A stretch of DNA of 64,000 nt from a virus (IMGVR_UViG_3300024246_000004:27446-91445), one strand, 5' to 3'. Positions 7,629-16,713 are shown, counted from the first letter of the stretch. Numbers and translations are program-made. Notes: generated by a model not told the origin, from the letters alone.

Positions 7629-7699
7629 GCCCTTGTAGCTCAATGGCAGAGCACTCGTTTCGTAATCGAGGGACCGGCGTCCGATTCGTCGCAGGGGCT
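7629..7699 (+). tRNA. tRNA-Thr(CGT)
   Basis: GCCCTTG-TA-GCTC-AATGGCA-GAGC; anticodon loop TTCGTAA; T-loop TCCGATT. Confidence 0.65.
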
Positions 7700-7753
7700 C
7701 AGATCGGCAGCAATGTAGCTTTCGAAGACCATAACCGGCTCGCTGTCGGTCAT

Positions 7754-7826
7754 GGGGGTGTAGCTCAGGGGTTAGAGCGCTTCCCTGATAAGGAAGAGGT
7801 CGGAGGTTCAAATCCTCCCATCCCCA
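7754..7826 (+). tRNA. tRNA-Ile(GAT)
   Basis: GGGGGTG-TA-GCTC-AGGGGTTAG-AGC; anticodon arm CTTCC-CTGATAA-GGAAG. Confidence 0.85.
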
Positions 7827-7830
7827 CTTA

Positions 7831-7905
7831 GGGCCCGTAGCTCAGTCAGGTTAGAGCAGCTTCCTTTTAAGTAGCGGGTCGCAGGTTCGAATCCTGTCGG
7901 GCCCA
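7831..7905 (+). tRNA. tRNA-Lys(TTT)
   Basis: GGGCCCG/CGGGCCC; anticodon loop CTTTTAA; T-arm GCAGG-TTCGAAT-CCTGT. Confidence 0.75.
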
Positions 7906-7922
7906 CCCGCTAGACTCTTGCT

Positions 7923-8363
7923 GTGATCACCGGTAAGAGCTGTGGCAAGTGCGGTGAAGTGAAGAACCTTGAAGAATTCTCAAGGAACTCGCGTAGAAAA
8001 GATGGCCGCCAAACATGGTGCAAGAAATGTGCCCATGCACGCAGAAATGAATGGGCCAAAGAGAATCGCGATAAATGTCGGACTTACCGCCTCTACGACG
8101 CCCATGGAATCCGTATCGCCGACAAGCAGCGCATGTATGAAGAGCAAGGCGGCCTCTGTGCGGCCTGCCAGAAGAAGGAAGCTGTCGTAGTCGATCACGA
8201 CCATTCCTGCTGCCCCAACAACCGGGGCGGCTGTGGGAAGTGCGTGCGAGCGCTCCTTTGTAACCGCTGCAACCTCCTCGCGGGGTTCTTTGAGACCGAC
8301 CCGGAGGCTTGCGAGAGCGTCCAGGCGTATCTTTTGCGGTACAGTAAGACCAACCCTCCGTAA
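7923..8363 (+). CDS. Endonuclease VII-like (T4 gp49-type) nuclease
   Basis: N-terminal CGKCG Zn motif, central VVDHDHSCCP, then CNRCNLLAG: the signature of the Endonuclease_7 family. Confidence 0.7.
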   Translation: MITGKSCGKCGEVKNLEEFSRNSRRKDGRQTWCKKCAHARRNEWAKENRDKCRTYRLYDAHGIRIADKQRMYEEQGGLCAACQKKEAVVVDHDHSCCPNNRGGCGKCVRALLCNRCNLLAGFFETDPEACESVQAYLLRYSKTNPP

Positions 8364-8426
8364 CTCAGCGGCCAGAGTTGCGCCCTCTTAAGGCGAAGGT
8401 CGCCGGTTCGAATCCGGCCGGGGGGA
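8354..8426 (+). tRNA. tRNA-Lys(CTT)
   Basis: Acceptor CCCTCCG/CGGGGGG; D-arm ACTC-AGCGGCCA-GAGT; anticodon loop CTCTTAA; T-arm GCCGG-TTCGAAT-CCGGC; its 5-prime end overlaps the last codons of the endonuclease VII gene. Confidence 0.6.
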
Positions 8427-8529
8427 CGAGGCGTGCGGCACGCCGCGCGGAGATTAGGGCTAGCCCCCCAGGGGAGCCCCTCCAAAAAGCCAACTCCCTA
8501 TACTAGTTCGGGACGAGGCAGCCGCATAA

Positions 8530-8602
8530 GGGCCCGTAGCTCAGCTGGTAGAGCACTCGCCTCGCACGCGAGAGGTCCGGGGTTCGACTCCCCGCCGGTC
8601 CA
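8530..8602 (+). tRNA. tRNA-Ala(CGC)
   Basis: G3.U70 wobble in the acceptor (Ala identity element); anticodon arm CTCGC-CTCGCAC-GCGAG; T-loop TTCGACT. Confidence 0.75.
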
Positions 8603-8669
8603 CGATGCGTAGCGGCGCGCAACGGGCTAAGTAACCCGGAAGCCATGCTAGCCACTGGCAGCCGCGTAA

Positions 8670-8740
8670 GGGGTTGTAGCTCAACGGTGAGCACCTCGTT
8701 TGCATCGAGGCGGACGCGGGTTCGAATCCCGTCAACTCCA
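8670..8740 (+). tRNA. tRNA-Ala(TGC)
   Basis: G3.U70; anticodon arm CCTCG-TTTGCAT-CGAGG. Confidence 0.8.
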
Positions 8741-8876
8741 CTGGGCGGCATGCGGCATGCCGTGGGGAGCGCAGCTAGGAACTGCGCCGTCTGAATGAAG
8801 ACCACTCCCCGGAAGACGAAGGTAGGCAACCGCAAGGGTCCTAGCCTGAAGTGGGGAATCTGGAGTCAGCCGCATT

Positions 8877-8952
8877 GGGCCTATAGCTCAGCCCGGCAGA
8901 GCGCCCGCTCGGCAGGCGGGAGGTTTCGTCGGTTCGAATCCGACTAGGTCCA
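8877..8952 (+). tRNA. tRNA-Ala(GGC)
   Basis: G3.U70; anticodon arm CCCGC-TCGGCAG-GCGGG; T-arm GTCGG-TTCGAAT-CCGAC. Confidence 0.65.
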
Positions 8953-9160
8953 CTACCGCCGCGTGGTCGGCGGGGAGCGACGCATGTCGGAGATTGCGCG
9001 CTCGCAGGACAAGGCTTACCCGTGTTGGATTCCGACTAGGCACGGGAGGTAGCGTGTCCATCCGCACCGCCCCGCAACGGGCTGCCGGACCGGGTTGTGC
9101 CGGTTAGGCTGCAATACCGAGTGAGTCGCCCGGCACTCGTTAATCCCTACCGGCGAACCT

Positions 9161-9248
9161 GGAGAGGTCGGCCCCGCTGGCGGAGGCACTGTCCTGGAAT
9201 GGCAGCGGCCGTTGATTCGGTTCGTGGGTTCGATTCCCACTCTCTCCG
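9161..9248 (+). tRNA. tRNA-Ser(GGA), long variable arm
   Basis: GGAGAGG/TCTCTCC; anticodon arm CTGTC-CTGGAAT-GGCAG; T-loop TTCGATT. Confidence 0.7.
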
Positions 9249-9547
9249 CGAACTCGGCGACCAGTCTTGGAACGCAGCTCACTCTGCCTTCGTTGCCGAG
9301 TCTCACTGTCCGACAGCCAAGCGGTTCCGCGCACCATGTGCCGGGCGCTGTCGGGCTCCATGCGGGCCCTGGGGAGGTAACCTGACGGTCCACGGTGCAC
9401 CAGCGACCGTCAGCAGCTCCGTCCACTCGGAGCGCCCGCTCGATCGACAGCCATAGTGGCCTCGCACCCCGCGCTCCCTACGCTGTCGAGCTCAACCCGG
9501 TGGCCATAGCGAGAACCCTCCCACAGGACACTCCCGCCGCCGGTCGT

Positions 9548-9621
9548 GGTCCTGTAGAGCAGCTGGAGTGCTCGCCACCCTGTCAAGGTGGAGGTCGCGG
9601 GTTCAAGTCCCGTCAGGACCG
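9548..9621 (+). tRNA. tRNA-Asp(GTC)
   Basis: GGTCCTG/CAGGACC with G73; anticodon arm CCACC-CTGTCAA-GGTGG; T-loop TTCAAGT. Confidence 0.85.
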
Positions 9622-9625
9622 CTAA

Positions 9626-9698
9626 GGCGACGTAGCTCAGCGGATAGAGCGCTTCCCTCCGAAGGAAGAGGCCGTGGGTTCAAATCCCACCGTCGCCA
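9626..9698 (+). tRNA. tRNA-Arg(CCG)
   Basis: GGCGACG/CGTCGCC; anticodon arm CTTCC-CTCCGAA-GGAAG. Confidence 0.8.
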
Positions 9699-9699
9699 C

Positions 9700-9782
9700 G
9701 GAAGGTCCGACACTGGTGCGTCAAGCGTCTTCGAAAGGCGTGGCGGTGAAAGCCGTTAGCGGTTCGAGTCCGCTACCTTCCG
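9700..9782 (+). tRNA. tRNA-Ser(CGA), long variable arm
   Basis: GGAAGGT/ACCTTCC; anticodon loop TTCGAAA; T-arm AGCGG-TTCGAGT-CCGCT. Confidence 0.65.
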
Positions 9783-9834
9783 CTACCAGCAGCCGAGGTC
9801 AACGCGTATCCCAAAATCGTTCTGCTGCTGGTTT

Positions 9835-9918
9835 GGAGAGTTGCCGGAACGGTAACGGCGCCGCCTTGAAAGCGGACGGCAGGGAAACCTGGAGCAGGTT
9901 CGACCCCTGCACTCTCCG
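9835..9918 (+). tRNA. tRNA-Ser(TGA), long variable arm
   Basis: GGAGAGT/ACTCTCC; anticodon loop CTTGAAA; variable-arm hairpin CAGG-GAAA-CCTG; T-loop TTCGACC. Confidence 0.7.
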
Positions 9919-9923
9919 CGCGG

Positions 9924-9994
9924 TCCCCGCTAGTTCAATGGCAGAACGCTCGACTGTTAATCGAGAAGTACCTGGATCGATACCAGGGCGGGGA
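9924..9994 (+). tRNA. tRNA-Asn(GTT)
   Basis: TCCCCGC/GCGGGGA; anticodon arm CTCGA-CTGTTAA-TCGAG; unusual T-loop ATCGATA. Confidence 0.65.
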
Positions 9995-10012
9995 GCATGA
10001 AAGGGGGCGGTT

Positions 10013-10450
10013 GTGGCCCCCTCACATCTCAAGAAGATCGAGGAACTCGGCGCGGCGTGCCACCTGTGCGGCAAGACCGAGAAGCTCGTGCTCCAGGGCC
10101 GCGCTCCCGACGGCGCCCATGTGCATTGGAGTAAGCCGGGGAGCAAGTCTGCGGACGTCGCGTGGCGCGTGATCTGTTTGTTCTGCAAGAACGCTAGGCC
10201 GTCGGGGCCCGAGAAGCACAACTGGGCCGCTTACGTGCACGGTTGCCGGTGTGGTGTGTGCACGAAGGCGATGGCCGACTACGGCTACACACGGCAGCGG
10301 CACCTGAACGGTCCGCCTAAGCGGTACAGGCCGCGCCGGTTGTACGACGATACGGTTCCCCCACCTGAGGAGCGCCCGTTCTGGGGTGTTCCTTCGGACG
10401 TTATCCCGGTTCCGGCAACGGGATGGTGGACGGACCTCGGCAGGGAATGA
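10013..10450 (+). CDS. Cys/His-rich Zn-finger protein, possibly HNH-like
   Basis: GTG start preceded by AAAGGGGGCGG; CHLCGK...CLFCKNARP...HGCRCGVC motifs. Confidence 0.45.
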   Translation: MAPSHLKKIEELGAACHLCGKTEKLVLQGRAPDGAHVHWSKPGSKSADVAWRVICLFCKNARPSGPEKHNWAAYVHGCRCGVCTKAMADYGYTRQRHLNGPPKRYRPRRLYDDTVPPPEERPFWGVPSDVIPVPATGWWTDLGRE

Positions 10451-10519
10451 TACGTTAAGCTTTCGGTGCCCAGAGGACTAACGTCACCCGCTGAACACGC
10501 GGCACCGCGAGGAGCTTCC

Positions 10520-10849
10520 GTGCACGTCGTTATGGTAATGGGCGAGGGCGAGGTAGCCCTCCAGGTCTACGGGCCGTACACCACTGCGGGCGAGGCCGAG
10601 GGGGCACGCTCCACCATCGAGCAGCTGCTCGCCCCCTTCCATACTGGAGCCTCAGTGGAGGTCGTGCCGCTGCGCACGATCAACGTCTCGCCGGTGCAGG
10701 TGCCGCACATCTGCCCACCCGTGGTGGTGTTCCCGCAGTGGCAGTACCCGGCATCCCCATGGGTTTCCAACCCTTACGCCCCCTACCGCGTCACTCTGAG
10801 TGCAGGCCCAGGCAGCAGCCCAGGCCTCTACCTGGGAGACGCCGAATGA
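10520..10849 (+). CDS. Hypothetical protein
   Basis: GTG start with GAGGAG SD 8 nt upstream; stop overlaps the next start (ATGA). Confidence 0.45.
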   Translation: MHVVMVMGEGEVALQVYGPYTTAGEAEGARSTIEQLLAPFHTGASVEVVPLRTINVSPVQVPHICPPVVVFPQWQYPASPWVSNPYAPYRVTLSAGPGSSPGLYLGDAE

Positions 10850-11325
10850 TGCCGCAGGACGAGCAGGAGCGCCGCAAACTGGAGCTGGGCAACGCCGCCC
10901 TCCAGGCCCTCGCCGCCCTTCAACCGGTGCGCGACGGCTCGGCCCACTGGCTCGTCGCGGTGCGCTGCCTGAGCGAACTGGGGGACGCGGCGGCGCGCTT
11001 CATGGCCGACTACTACGACGCCATGACCGCCGAGGAGATGGACGTGGAGCTCACCGAGAGCGGGTCGGTACAGATCGAGGCGCCGCGCGGCGAGCCGAAG
11101 ATCGGTTTCTGGTGCGGCTTCACGCGGGCGGAGATGAGAGAGATCAAGGAGTGGGACAACAAGGCCTATACCGGCGACGTCGTGCATGACGCGGCGCTGC
11201 GATGGATCCGCGAGGCTGAGGGTATGCGAATTGCGCTGGCCAAACTCAAAGGTTCCGCGCCGACGCGCGCGGAGATCCTCACGGGCTTGATGCTGGACGA
11301 GACCCCTCCAGGTGCGGTGGAGTAA
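10846..11325 (+). CDS. Hypothetical protein (160 aa)
   Basis: ATGATG start coupled to the upstream stop; codon usage matches its neighbours. Confidence 0.5.
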   Translation: MMPQDEQERRKLELGNAALQALAALQPVRDGSAHWLVAVRCLSELGDAAARFMADYYDAMTAEEMDVELTESGSVQIEAPRGEPKIGFWCGFTRAEMREIKEWDNKAYTGDVVHDAALRWIREAEGMRIALAKLKGSAPTRAEILTGLMLDETPPGAVE

Positions 11326-11843
11326 TGCCGTCTTGGGCCCGCTACCGCGTATTCGCGTGGGATGAATTCCTGCGCCTGTGGTGCGAGGACTGCTACACCG
11401 AGGGCAACGAGCTGGGCTTTTGGTCGGAAGTCGAGCCGGTTCCCGTCAGCGAGATGATCGGCTTGATCGTCCAGCACGAGCTCGCCGTCCACCGGGACCC
11501 TCCTTCGTCGCCGACCAAACTGGTGCGAGACGGCGTGCCTGACGCGATCAGGGCCAACGGCCAGATTCCGATCACCCGTACCGCCGACACCGAGGAGTAC
11601 GTCAAGCTCCTGCGTGAGAAGCTGCTGGAGGAAGTCGGGGAGTTTCTGGACGCCGGGCCGGAGGGCGAGGCGGAGGAGCTGGCTGACGTACTTGAGGTGG
11701 TCTTCGCGCTTGCGCGGCTCACAGGCTTGGGTGCCGTCCTGGCGGCGCGCACTGAGAAGCGCAAGCGCCTTGGTACGTTCATGGACCGCGTGGTCTGGGA
11801 GGGCAACTTCGAAACCGCACGGAAGGAGGGTTCTGATGCTTGA
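11325..11843 (+). CDS. MazG-like nucleotide pyrophosphohydrolase domain protein
   Basis: C-terminal ...EEVGEFLDA...EELADVLEVVFALARLTGL...KRKRLG; start couples to the upstream stop (TAATG). Confidence 0.6.
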   Translation: MPSWARYRVFAWDEFLRLWCEDCYTEGNELGFWSEVEPVPVSEMIGLIVQHELAVHRDPPSSPTKLVRDGVPDAIRANGQIPITRTADTEEYVKLLREKLLEEVGEFLDAGPEGEAEELADVLEVVFALARLTGLGAVLAARTEKRKRLGTFMDRVVWEGNFETARKEGSDA

Positions 11844-11934
11844 GGGTTTGCAGGCGCTGTTCGACATGCTTGTGGAACTGTGCGCGAGCTGCCACGGATT
11901 CTGACGGTCACCCTCCTTCCCGGGCAGCTCCTTA

Positions 11935-12100
11935 AAGCTCGTCGGCCTAAGTCGTTCAAGGCTCCTTCGCGCGCGTTCGCCCATTTCATTCGAGGCTCCT
12001 TCAGTAATTCCTTGATTCAATTCAGTCGGGGCTCCTTCAGGCTCCTTCAGAATGTGTGCGTATCATTTGATTGAGGCTCCTTCTGGGCTCCTTCATGCAA
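11935..12100. repeat. Cluster of about 8 copies of GGCTCCTTC (minus-strand GAAGGAGCC) with irregular spacing
   Basis: Copies near 11957, 11991, 12032, 12041, 12075 and 12086, plus degenerate copies at 11915 and 11935; sits at the convergent junction of the rightward and leftward gene blocks. Confidence 0.6.
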
Positions 12101-12574
12101 TGTGCCCATATTATTCGCTCCGGCCCCCGTCCCTCCCGGCCGCCCCTCCATGATCGTCACGGGCTGTCGGCCGGTGCCGTCCCACGCCCATCCATGTCCG
12201 ATCATCAACCCGTTGACACGTAGGATGCTCGACGCCGCAGCAGCATGGCTGTGCGTCAACGGCAGTACATCCAGGCGGCGCGGTTCAGTGTCGTACATCC
12301 ACGCGCTCGGCCGGTAGCCCACCTGCGCCACGCGGTCTATGTAACCGAGTGGATGCGCGGTGCGTGATTCGAGCATGAGGAACCAGCGGGCCTGCCCGCC
12401 GCGACGCGTCTTGCGTACCGTGAGCCGTGGACCGTGCTCGGCGCACAAGTGCGCCACGGCAGCGTCATAGGCGCCGGAGAGCGAGCGGGAGCGTCCCCCG
12501 TGGGGGCGCGGAGCGGAGCATTTCCAGAACCACAGGACCCCGAACGGGTAGACGCGTGCGCGTTCGCGCGGCAT
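12047..12574 (-). CDS. Hypothetical protein; the C-terminus runs into the repeat cluster, so extent is uncertain
   Basis: Long open frame in the same orientation as the downstream block; no motif recognised. Confidence 0.3.
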   Translation of the reverse strand: MPRERARVYPFGVLWFWKCSAPRPHGGRSRSLSGAYDAAVAHLCAEHGPRLTVRKTRRGGQARWFLMLESRTAHPLGYIDRVAQVGYRPSAWMYDTEPRRLDVLPLTHSHAAAASSILRVNGLMIGHGWAWDGTGRQPVTIMEGRPGGTGAGANNMGTLHEGAQKEPQSNDTHTF

Positions 12575-12690
12575 GAGTTCGATCGGCGTGGGACTCCCCT
12601 TCCGTTGGACGGTTGGTTGACGGCTCGCACAGCGCCACAGAGCGCTGTTGACGGCCGGTTGGGCATCACCTTACCGGGGGACGCCCGGTA

Positions 12691-12716
12691 GCGCCGTAGG
12701 GACGTCCCTACGGCGC
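12691..12716. promoter_or_regulatory. 26-bp perfect palindrome GCGCCGTAGGGACGTCCCTACGGCGC next to a TTGACTAACGTAGCG promoter-like element
   Basis: Self-complementarity checked by hand. Confidence 0.55.
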
Positions 12717-12720
12717 TACG

Positions 12721-12954
12721 TTAGTCAAGCCTCCGGGCGAGCAGGCGCACGAACGCACGCAACTCGCCTGCTTCACGGCACCAAGTGGCATGCCGGAACA
12801 ACCCGGCCTTGCACCATGGTCCTGTATCGAACACGCATATAGCGCACATCTCGGTGTGCTCGACATAGTGTCTGCGAGACTCGGCGAGATGCGCCTTGAG
12901 AGCGGCGAGTTGCTCTAATGCTTGCTGACGCGTCATGCGCGGGGGTACGGCCAT
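12721..12954 (-). CDS. Hypothetical small protein (77 aa)
   Basis: ORF in operon orientation. Confidence 0.45.
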   Translation of the reverse strand: MAVPPRMTRQQALEQLAALKAHLAESRRHYVEHTEMCAICVFDTGPWCKAGLFRHATWCREAGELRAFVRLLARRLD

Positions 12955-13035
12955 ACACTCCCCTTCCGTTCGGTTCGGGTCCGGCGGACATGCCGCAACG
13001 CGCTCCGTGGAGCGCGCCGCAGCAAACCCGCCGGA

Positions 13036-13728
13036 CTACTGGCGGAACGCGACCCACGCGGCCCGGAAGCGCGCCGCGAGCCGCTTGTGCCACGCGGGCA
13101 CGGGGAGCGGCTCCGGCTCCGGCGGAGTCCACCCGTAGTCCATCACGCGGTACGTGCCCGGGTGCATCTCCGTGAGCGGCATGTGGGCCCACCCCATGCC
13201 GGGATAGGGCGTGTGCATGATCAGGTACGGGTCGCCTCCGTCCTCCGGCTCGATCTGCCGCACGGTGAACGCGAACGCGCCGCGCGGGTCGCCCACGCTG
13301 ATTGAAACGGTGACCGCGTCCGACTCCGCGTCGAGGTGGATACCGGCGCTGTTGACCCACGATAGGGGCGTGGACTCTGGGACGTGCACGGGCTTGACGG
13401 GCACGATGCCGTGGCACTGCAAGCTGTCGCACTCGTTCGCGGCGTTCGGGCAGTCATCGGCGCACAGGTGGACCCCGTCGCACTCTTCGCCGTCCGGGTC
13501 GCTGCCGTCCGCGTAGTCGTCCAGCGGACGGCCGCACTCGCCGCACCGGCTGTCGCACACCTCGGAGCCGTCCTCAGCCGTGCCGTCTTCGTCCACGTTC
13601 TCACGGCAGTGCACGCACTGGGACCGGTAGGTGTCGTCCGTGTCGAATTCCACGGTGACGTACTCCGGCGCTTCCGGGGAGTCGTCGTGCTCGACGCTGG
13701 TACCGTCTACGTTCACGCTTGCGTACAT
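13036..13728 (-). CDS. Cys-rich acidic hypothetical protein
   Basis: Start MYASVNVDG with SD GAGGAGAAACGATC-ATG; several CxxC motifs. Confidence 0.55.
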   Translation of the reverse strand: MYASVNVDGTSVEHDDSPEAPEYVTVEFDTDDTYRSQCVHCRENVDEDGTAEDGSEVCDSRCGECGRPLDDYADGSDPDGEECDGVHLCADDCPNAANECDSLQCHGIVPVKPVHVPESTPLSWVNSAGIHLDAESDAVTVSISVGDPRGAFAFTVRQIEPEDGGDPYLIMHTPYPGMGWAHMPLTEMHPGTYRVMDYGWTPPEPEPLPVPAWHKRLAARFRAAWVAFRQ

Positions 13729-13816
13729 GATCGTTTCTCCTCTGTTCGCCGTTCGGCTTGCCCGACCGGAGAGCGCGACCCACGGCCGTAACCGCGCGTC
13801 ACGCGAACCGTTCGGT

Positions 13817-14272
13817 TTACTTGACATCCCTGGTCTGTACGTAGTGCTGACGCTCGGCCGCGCGGCTCTTGACGCTGGCAATGAGCTTGCGGTCGGTAAA
13901 CGTCCGGCATCGTACGACGCCAACGACCCCACCTCTGTTGCCGACGTTGAACCCTGGCTCGTTACTGAATTCCCAGAGCTCGACCGTCGATTGAGCGACG
14001 CGGTATCTGCACTCGGTGCGGCTCAGAAAGCCGTACGTCTCGCTGTAAGACGTGTTCGCCCTTTCCAGGGCCACACCGTAGGTACGCTCTATCGCGCGCT
14101 TCAACGCGGATACTTCGGCTGCGCGGACGCGGCGGTTTTCGGTGCTGTCGCTACGCAGCACGACGAAATGCATGTCGCCAGCGAATGCCATATCCAGGCA
14201 ATCGGATACGGCCATGCTGCTTAGATGCGGCATGTAGGCGCAGTAATCGGTCTCGTTCAGTTCCGCCGTCAT
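13817..14272 (-). CDS. Hypothetical protein
   Basis: GAGGAG SD followed by tandem ATGs; exact start uncertain (14272-14299). Confidence 0.45.
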   Translation of the reverse strand: MTAELNETDYCAYMPHLSSMAVSDCLDMAFAGDMHFVVLRSDSTENRRVRAAEVSALKRAIERTYGVALERANTSYSETYGFLSRTECRYRVAQSTVELWEFSNEPGFNVGNRGGVVGVVRCRTFTDRKLIASVKSRAAERQHYVQTRDVK

Positions 14273-14352
14273 CGTCATCATCTCCTCGGCTTGTCTCATT
14301 CAGCGCCGTGCGCGCCACGCACGGTCAGACCGGCCGGAGCCGGTTTCGACGT

Positions 14353-15498
14353 TCAGGAGAGCTTGCAGCGGGTCAGGACGGTGGCCTTGACGCCGTTGTA
14401 CTCGTCAAGCTTCTTCACGGTGCCCGTGATCGTCACCATGACGCCCGTCTCTTCGCCGAGCGCGGGACGCGACGCAAACCACTTCACGATGTTGCCGGTC
14501 TCCGCGTTGCGCAGCATGTAGAGCGCCGTGCTGCCAAAGTCGGTGGAGATCCACCGGAGCGACTCAATCACGCCCGTGAAGGTGATCTTGTCCTTTTCCG
14601 CGCCGATCCACTCGGATGGCCGCGACCGCTCGGCGCGGCGAACCAAGTCACGCTCTTGGCTGCGGGCCCACGCCTGGGGCGCGGACGCCAGGATGCCGAT
14701 ATAGCGGGGGTTGACGGCTTGCGCACCGGCAAGCGACTTCAGGTTGAGCACGTAATCCGAATCGCCGCCAAACGCGTCAGAGAGCAGGAACGCCTGCAAT
14801 TCCCGTGCGCGCTCCGTGGCCTCCGCAGCAAGCGGCCGGATCATCGCGGCAAACTCGCGGGTCCACTTGTCGCGGCCCGGGTAGAGCGCCGTACGCACGT
14901 TCTGCGCCGTCGAATCGATCATGCGGCTAGGCCGGAAACCGTACGCCTTGACGACGGCCCACGCGACCGCGAGCACGGTTTCGGCGCTGTACTCGAAAAC
15001 GCCACCGGCTCCGCACCAATCGCCCAGTTCGGACTCTTCCGGGGCGTCCAGCCACGCGATGGAAGCCGACCAGCCCAGGAAGTCCTTAAGGCACGTGCCG
15101 CCCACCTGCAACTGACGGCCGGTGACATCGCTGCGTACCAGGTACGTGTTGTTGCGCACGCGCGCCGTCTTGCAGTGGTCGCACCATCCCTCACGCAGGG
15201 TGCTGCGGTCCACGCGGTCGATACCGGGCGCCGAGTTGACGATCAGTCCGGCGCTGGCGTCCCAGTCGAGCCGCGCGAGGAACGTCCACTCGCCGTACTT
15301 GGGCGCGTCGCCCGTGATCAGGCAGTCGAAAGCGTCGTACTCCACGGTGAAGCCGAGCGCGTTGGTCTCGACCACATGCACCGGCTCCGCCGTCAGGACG
15401 AGCCGACCGGCCAGACCGCGCTTTTCGGCCCGCGCGTTGATCTTGGCGAACTTCTCGCGTGTGGCCTCGACTTGCTCGGCGTTGAGTCGGACGGTCAT
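14353..15498 (-). CDS. Hypothetical protein (381 aa)
   Basis: SD AAAGGAACGATC-ATG; long clean frame; a leftward promoter sits just upstream. Confidence 0.55.
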   Translation of the reverse strand: MTVRLNAEQVEATREKFAKINARAEKRGLAGRLVLTAEPVHVVETNALGFTVEYDAFDCLITGDAPKYGEWTFLARLDWDASAGLIVNSAPGIDRVDRSTLREGWCDHCKTARVRNNTYLVRSDVTGRQLQVGGTCLKDFLGWSASIAWLDAPEESELGDWCGAGGVFEYSAETVLAVAWAVVKAYGFRPSRMIDSTAQNVRTALYPGRDKWTREFAAMIRPLAAEATERARELQAFLLSDAFGGDSDYVLNLKSLAGAQAVNPRYIGILASAPQAWARSQERDLVRRAERSRPSEWIGAEKDKITFTGVIESLRWISTDFGSTALYMLRNAETGNIVKWFASRPALGEETGVMVTITGTVKKLDEYNGVKATVLTRCKLS

Positions 15499-15526
15499 GA
15501 TCGTTCCTTTCGGGTAGCGGACTGAC

Positions 15527-15562
15527 ACGGGCTACGTTAGTCGCCTGCGCGTTATGCGTCAA
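15527..15562 (-). promoter_or_regulatory. Sigma70-like promoter TTGACGCATAAC-N-ACTAACGTAGC (-35 TTGACG, 17-nt spacer, -10 TAACGT)
   Basis: Member of a family of 6 near-identical elements upstream of leftward genes. Confidence 0.6.
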
Positions 15563-15936
15563 CTCCGCTTGCGCAGGCGCAGCCTGACCAGATCACCGTT
15601 GTCCGCTTGATACCGGCCGTACCAGCGCCGTCCGTCCGGAGTGACCGCGTAGACGCTGGTGAGGTGAAGCGGCAGGCCGTACGTGCTGTAACGCTTCCGG
15701 CTGGTCGCGGTGTCCGTCACGGTGGCCAGAGGTCCGCCGGTCCACGTCGTGATCCGGCCGTGCTGAACGTAACCGCCGAACACGGTGGTTTCGGGGCTGA
15801 GCACGTGCGCGAGTTCCCGCGCGTCGCAACAGGCGTAGCAGAGCCGCTCGCCCGTGGCCTCCCACGTGCCGTAGCCGGTGCCGATTCCCGCGTTGAGAGT
15901 CGGAGCGTGCCCGCAGTCCAGAATGATCTCAGTCAT
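15559..15936 (-). CDS. Hypothetical protein
   Basis: ORF; stop overlaps the downstream start. Confidence 0.45.
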   Translation of the reverse strand: MTEIILDCGHAPTLNAGIGTGYGTWEATGERLCYACCDARELAHVLSPETTVFGGYVQHGRITTWTGGPLATVTDTATSRKRYSTYGLPLHLTSVYAVTPDGRRWYGRYQADNGDLVRLRLRKRS

Positions 15937-16390
15937 TGTCGTTGCCTTCCATGCGTAGGTTGATCATGTAGTCTGTCGGGTACAGCGCTTCCCGGATGCG
16001 CTGCGGATTCGGCGTATACGGGCCATTGCAGAGTCCTGAGATCTCATCGCGGATCAGGCTGAGCGTCGCTTCCGCGCGCAGCGCGCGGGCCCGGTAGTCC
16101 TCCATGAGGCTGGTCGCTATGGACAGGTTGTCCTGCGCGCTGGCCAGCATGAGCGTGGTCGCAAGTGGCTGCACGTTCGCCGGAAGGTCCCAGATATCAA
16201 CGTCGGCCGTCCCGTCCCCGCTTTCGTTGTACGACTCCGCGCACAGTTCGCAGACGTACCCGCCGGGTACTCGGTACTTACGAGTGTTGGGAAGGTTCTG
16301 CATGCGGCACTCGGCGCACGTGAAGTGAGAAGTCGGCTCCGGCTCTGGCGCGCCATCCGGCCACGGCGGACCCACGTATTCGCTGGTCAC
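15929..16390 (-). CDS. Hypothetical Cys-containing protein
   Basis: ORF; coupled ATGACTGA junction. Confidence 0.45.
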   Translation of the reverse strand: MTSEYVGPPWPDGAPEPEPTSHFTCAECRMQNLPNTRKYRVPGGYVCELCAESYNESGDGTADVDIWDLPANVQPLATTLMLASAQDNLSIATSLMEDYRARALRAEATLSLIRDEISGLCNGPYTPNPQRIREALYPTDYMINLRMEGNDND

Positions 16391-16392
16391 GG

Positions 16393-16713
16393 TCAGTAGT
16401 CCTTTCCGTTGGCGCGGAGCCTGTCCGCGTACCGGTCAAGCACGGTGCCGAACGCCGCGAGATCTTCCACGGTGACCGTGCCGTCATCCAGCATGTCCTG
16501 AATGTCGCTGTCCGGGTAGTCAGCGCTGTTCCCGTCACATCCCGCGCCGTGGCGGAACTGCCACGCGTCCGGGACCATGTCCGGGTCGGCGTGCCAGAGC
16601 ACGTCCGCCACGCCGAACTGCCATCCCATGACGGACCCCCACGTGTCGGCGGGGTCGAACGCCATGTCGAAGTCTGCGCGCAGCGCTTGGTATCCCTCGG
16701 TGTGCATGTCCAT
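16393..16713 (-). CDS. Hypothetical acidic protein
   Basis: SD AGGAG then ATGATCATG. Confidence 0.45.
   Translation of the reverse strand: MDMHTEGYQALRADFDMAFDPADTWGSVMGWQFGVADVLWHADPDMVPDAWQFRHGAGCDGNSADYPDSDIQDMLDDGTVTVEDLAAFGTVLDRYADRLRANGKDY

Noticed and set aside
11935-12100. CRISPR array
   Set aside because: The repeat unit is only 9 nt, spacing is irregular (9-41 nt), and no cas genes are present.
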